Shown piece by piece: positions 16,795 through 20,000 of a DNA stretch of 20,000 nt (position 1 is its first letter; every line of letters starts with the position of its first letter). The translations under genes were made by a program, and so were the position numbers. The notes under the pieces are model-generated. The model had not been told where the DNA came from. It worked only from the letters and a program-made list of their open reading frames with translations, and did no database searches. Origin of the DNA: an uncultured virus (IMG/VR IMGVR_UViG_3300035424_000203) (taxonomy: Duplodnaviria > Heunggongvirae > Uroviricota > Caudoviricetes); IMG/VR virus record IMGVR_UViG_3300035424_000203; one strand, 5' to 3'.

Positions 16795-17420
16795 TGGAAT
16801 ATAATATTGAACTTGGAACGAACATTAAATTTACAGATGAAAATGGAACACATACATTTGTAGAAGGTGATAATGTGATTTGCTGTCGTGGAGAAAAAGA
16901 AAGATATGTAGGAAAAATTACTTGTATTGGTGTTTATCGTGAAGATGAATCATCGGAACCAGAACAGGCTATTTGCATAGATACTTCAAAGAGTAAGACA
17001 AGTTATTCAAGTGAGGTTATTAAAGTAAAGGATATTACATATATCTGCAAAAATATTTTAGATGATAAAAATAACATCCCATTAACAAAAGAGGAACAGG
17101 ATAAAAAGACTTTTATGGGATTATTGACAGGATTAGGATACAAAGATAAAGCAAAAGTAGAAAACGTATATGACCATATGAAAAATGTTATGGATACATA
17201 TGATATTCCATTTGAAAAAGCAGTAGCTTGTACGATTTATGCATTAAGTAATAACTGTAGTATTGAAGTTCCATTAAAAGAAATGTGTGGTGTAGATATA
17301 AAAGAAATTGAAAAAATGATACCAAAACTTGAAAAGGCAGCACAATTTTGTATGGGTATGGCAATAAAATCTCTTGGAGAACTACTTGAACTTATTGGAA
17401 TAGTAGATAAAGATGAATAA
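16794..17420 (+). CDS. Hypothetical protein, 208 aa, with an N-terminal SH3-like beta barrel and a helical C-terminus
   Basis: GGAGG RBS and a coupled GTG start. FVEGDNVIC..YVGKITCI..VIKVKDITYI pattern. Confidence 0.75.
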   Translation: MEYNIELGTNIKFTDENGTHTFVEGDNVICCRGEKERYVGKITCIGVYREDESSEPEQAICIDTSKSKTSYSSEVIKVKDITYICKNILDDKNNIPLTKEEQDKKTFMGLLTGLGYKDKAKVENVYDHMKNVMDTYDIPFEKAVACTIYALSNNCSIEVPLKEMCGVDIKEIEKMIPKLEKAAQFCMGMAIKSLGELLELIGIVDKDE

Positions 17421-17580
17421 TTTAATATAGTGTTTTACAAAAAAGTAACTTGTTAATCTTGTCGAGGTAAGGGCATGATGACTTAATATCGTGTCCTTCC
17501 TAATATTGAGTGATGAATTTTGAAAAGTGAATATAAAGTATAGATGTTAAATGAGATACGTCTTTTATAATAAATTATGA

Positions 17581-17769
17581 TTGGAGTGGTTTTTAATAGG
17601 AATGACGATTGCAAAAGATATTGGTATGGCAAATGTAAGTTTCCTTAAAATAGATAAAACAGAAGAGGAAAGAGCAGAAGAAAAAACAAAATATAATAGC
17701 TTTATGAATTTTATGACGGATATTATTGTAAAGTATGGACTTAATGAAAAATTAGACGAAGATAGATAA
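17581..17769 (+). CDS. Small hypothetical protein upstream of the serine integrase, start uncertain (17581, 17602 or 17626)
   Basis: Short ORF with an amphipathic C-terminal helix (FMNFMTDIIVKYG). Such ORFs often precede serine integrases. Confidence 0.45.
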   Translation: MEWFLIGMTIAKDIGMANVSFLKIDKTEEERAEEKTKYNSFMNFMTDIIVKYGLNEKLDEDR

Positions 17770-17779
17770 TAGGTAAGAT

Positions 17780-17825
17780 AACCAGTTGGAAAGTGTACCG
17801 ATAAATGGTATAATTGAAACTGGTT
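17780..17825 (+). promoter_or_regulatory. Sigma-A promoter of the integrase, bracketed by an inverted repeat
   Basis: TTGGAA (17786-17791), 17-bp spacer, TATAAT (17809-17814) with an extended TG. Inverted repeat AACCAGTT (17780-17787) / AACTGGTT (17818-17825). Confidence 0.7.
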
Positions 17826-17861
17826 GTTTTTAATTTATGAGAAAATTAAGAAGGTGTTACA

Positions 17862-19835
17862 ATGGAATCGAGAAAAGGAAAAAAGTGTGTATTATATTCC
17901 AGAGTATCAACGGAAATGCAAATAGATGGATATTCCCTAGAAGCACAGAGCAATGGATTAAAGCGGTATGCAGATAGAGAAGAGATGCTTGTTATAGATA
18001 CATATGAGGATGCCGGAAAGTCTGGTAAGTCCATAGAGGGCAGACCGGCTTTTAAACGTATGCTTAATGACATATCGCAAGGTTTAGAGATCGACTATAT
18101 TCTTGTGTATAAATTATCACGTTTTGGCAGAAATGCAGCGGATATACTTAGTTCACTAGAATATGTACAGTCTTATGGTGTGAATCTTATTTGTATTGAA
18201 GAGGGTATTGATTCATCTATGACCGCAGGACGGTTACTTATATCTGTATTGTCAGCGGTAGCGGAGATTGAAAGGGAGAATATTATAGAGCAGACCATGA
18301 ACGGACGTAGAGAAAAAGCAAGACAGGGCGGCTGGAATGGTGGTTTTGCTCCATATGGATATAAACTGGAAAATAATAAACTACTTATTGCAGAAGATGA
18401 AGCAGACGTAATAAGAATCATATTTGATAAATTTGTCAATACAGATATGGGATATAATGGTGTTGCAAAATATTTGAATTTGCAAGGGATTAAAAAGAAA
18501 GTCAGACAAAATGGAACACTTACAGCGTGGAGTTCAAAAACAGTTAAGGAATTGATAGACAATCCTGTTTATTGCGGTAAATTAGCATATGGTAGACGTA
18601 TTAGAGAGAAAGTAAAAGGCACGAAGAATGAATATAAGCAAGTTAGAACAGATAATTATATTCTTGTGGACGGAGAACATGAAGCCATTGTCAGCGTAGA
18701 AGATTGGAATAAAGCGAAAGTAAAACGTGAAGCAACTGGAATTAAAGCACCATCAAAAGTAGGTAGGGATCGGGCGCATTTATTGACTGGAATATTAAAG
18801 TGTCCTGTTTGCGGAAGTCCTATGTATACAAATAAAAACGCATGGACTAACAAAGATGGTACATATAATGAAAGATTTTACTATGTGTGTAGCAGAAGAA
18901 GGCAACAAAGGGGCGTGTCATGCAATTATTCAGCACAGTTGATGAAAGAATCCATTGAGCCAGATGTAGTATTGGCAATTAAACAGCTTGTGACCAATGA
19001 AGAGTTTGCGAAGGAAATTAAAAGCAGAATTGGCACAGAGATTGACACTACAGAGATTGACAGGGAAATCAAAAATTACGAATCAAATTTACGGCAAGTA
19101 GAAAACAATAAGCGCAGACTTGAAAGCGATATAGATTCACTTCCTGAAGACTCTAAATATCGTGACCGAAAATTACAGGATATGAACCGTAGACTAGATA
19201 ATTTATATGATACAATCTACGAGTTGGAAGATAAGATTGAAGAAGCCTATGCAAAGCGCAAATCAATAGAGATGAGTGCAATCACGATTGATAATGTATA
19301 CAAGGTGCTGCTTAATTTTGATAGGGTATATGATCGCTTGAATGATGAAGAAAAGAAAACCATGATTCAAGGATTTATCAAGGAAATTCAGATATATCCA
19401 AAAGAAGAACAGGCAAAATATAAGCATCCGATAAGAAATATCACATTTAACTTTCCTATAATCATAAATGGGGAAGAAGTGGATAAGATTTCGTGGGAAA
19501 ATGGGAATACCGTGGAGACGTGCGTCCTCTTGTCGCGTAAAAAATTAGGAGGCAAATCCACTAAAATTGAGATAGAAATTGACCTAAGTGAAGCAGATAG
19601 GCGGGAATGCATCGGCACAGCAACCTATCAGGAAATTAAGGATTATATATGGGAGCATTATCAAATGAAAGTTTCACATTTGTACATAGCACAGATTAAG
19701 AGGAAACTTGGCATTATTGAAAGGGAAAACTACAATCTGCCTAAAAATGAGAATGAAAAAGTTCCCAACTGCCCAGAGGAGAAAGAAAGGATGATTAAGG
19801 AAGCATTGGAATATTTTGGTATGATAAAGAGATAA
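17862..19835 (+). CDS. Large serine recombinase (integrase), fused in frame to an RlmD-type C-terminal segment, 657 aa
   Basis: Catalytic YSRVST motif, DAGKSG, RPAF, KLSRFGR, a recombinase domain (PYGY, NPVYCG, HEAIV), a Zn ribbon (CPVC...C...C) and a coiled coil. Confidence 0.95.
   Translation: MESRKGKKCVLYSRVSTEMQIDGYSLEAQSNGLKRYADREEMLVIDTYEDAGKSGKSIEGRPAFKRMLNDISQGLEIDYILVYKLSRFGRNAADILSSLEYVQSYGVNLICIEEGIDSSMTAGRLLISVLSAVAEIERENIIEQTMNGRREKARQGGWNGGFAPYGYKLENNKLLIAEDEADVIRIIFDKFVNTDMGYNGVAKYLNLQGIKKKVRQNGTLTAWSSKTVKELIDNPVYCGKLAYGRRIREKVKGTKNEYKQVRTDNYILVDGEHEAIVSVEDWNKAKVKREATGIKAPSKVGRDRAHLLTGILKCPVCGSPMYTNKNAWTNKDGTYNERFYYVCSRRRQQRGVSCNYSAQLMKESIEPDVVLAIKQLVTNEEFAKEIKSRIGTEIDTTEIDREIKNYESNLRQVENNKRRLESDIDSLPEDSKYRDRKLQDMNRRLDNLYDTIYELEDKIEEAYAKRKSIEMSAITIDNVYKVLLNFDRVYDRLNDEEKKTMIQGFIKEIQIYPKEEQAKYKHPIRNITFNFPIIINGEEVDKISWENGNTVETCVLLSRKKLGGKSTKIEIEIDLSEADRRECIGTATYQEIKDYIWEHYQMKVSHLYIAQIKRKLGIIERENYNLPKNENEKVPNCPEEKERMIKEALEYFGMIKR
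19500..19540. other. Probable attR junction (insertion site in the rlmD 3' region)
   Basis: ACC GTG GAG ACG TGC GTC CTC TTG TCG CGT encodes TVETCVLLSR, matching the RlmD/RumA terminal motif HVE(T/C)VxLLxR. The stretch is locally GC-richer. Confidence 0.7.
19512..19835 (+). pseudogene. rlmD: Displaced 3' end of 23S rRNA m5U methyltransferase (RlmD/RumA) with its clostridial C-terminal extension
   Basis: VETCVLLSR followed by ATYQEIKDYI..KVSHLYIAQIKRKLGIIERENYN..CPEEKERMIKEALEYFGMI, which I recognise as the extension seen on Lachnospiraceae RlmD proteins. Confidence 0.7.
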
Positions 19836-19842
19836 AATAACA

Positions 19843-19876
19843 GAACTCCTTAGAAATTCTAGGGAGTTCATTTTTT
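19843..19876 (+). terminator. Rho-independent terminator
   Basis: GAACTCCTTAG-aaatt-CTAGGGAGTTC followed by ATTTTTT. Confidence 0.8.
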
Positions 19877-20000
19877 ATAAAAGTTCCATTATTTTTAATG
19901 CAGGGAAAGTTTGATCTGTGTTCATGAGTAAACGGTAGATAGTGAGTACCTCGACTGTGAGGGAAAAATATGTGACAATAGACTATATTTCTATCACAGG

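Larger units (their letters stand above)
1..19515 (+). mobile_element. Right part of an integrated SPbeta-like prophage remnant or phage-satellite-like element, probably inserted in the 3' part of rlmD. The left end lies outside the window.
   Basis: Co-oriented phage genes (YonO-like RNAP, tape measure, tail protein, HNH/AP2-type genes) end in a serine integrase that reads into an RlmD-like C-terminus at about 19510. Confidence 0.8.

Noticed and set aside
17846..19871. Antisense ORFs within the serine recombinase
   Set aside because: Shadow frames of a conserved gene with no independent support.
19971..19998. TGTGA...TCACA imperfect palindrome as a CRP/FNR-like site
   Set aside because: The spacer is much longer than the canonical 6 bp, and the context is cut off by the window edge.

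Overview
AT-rich, Firmicutes-like (Clostridia/Lachnospiraceae style, inferred) window. All credible genes are on the + strand, and the window appears to hold the right end of an integrated phage-derived element. Gene order: YonO/QDE-1-type single-subunit RNA polymerase (1030 aa, DWDSD catalytic loop); a coupled 294-aa Zn-ribbon protein; a 358-bp repeat- and hairpin-rich intergenic region; an unannotated 57-aa Cro/XRE HTH gene; a tyrosine recombinase; a 2212-aa tape measure protein with an internal GC step; two tail-module genes, the second apparently cut by a deletion; three tandem, catalytically degenerate HNH/AP2-type paralogs; several small hypothetical or membrane genes; and a large serine recombinase. 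The recombinase reading frame runs through the probable att junction into an RlmD (RumA)-type C-terminus, which points to integration in rlmD. No terminase, portal, capsid or major tail gene is recognisable between the polymerase and the tape measure gene. The element is therefore either a decayed SPbeta-like prophage or a streamlined satellite carrying its own RNAP and tape measure. All family calls come from motif recognition by eye, with no database searches.
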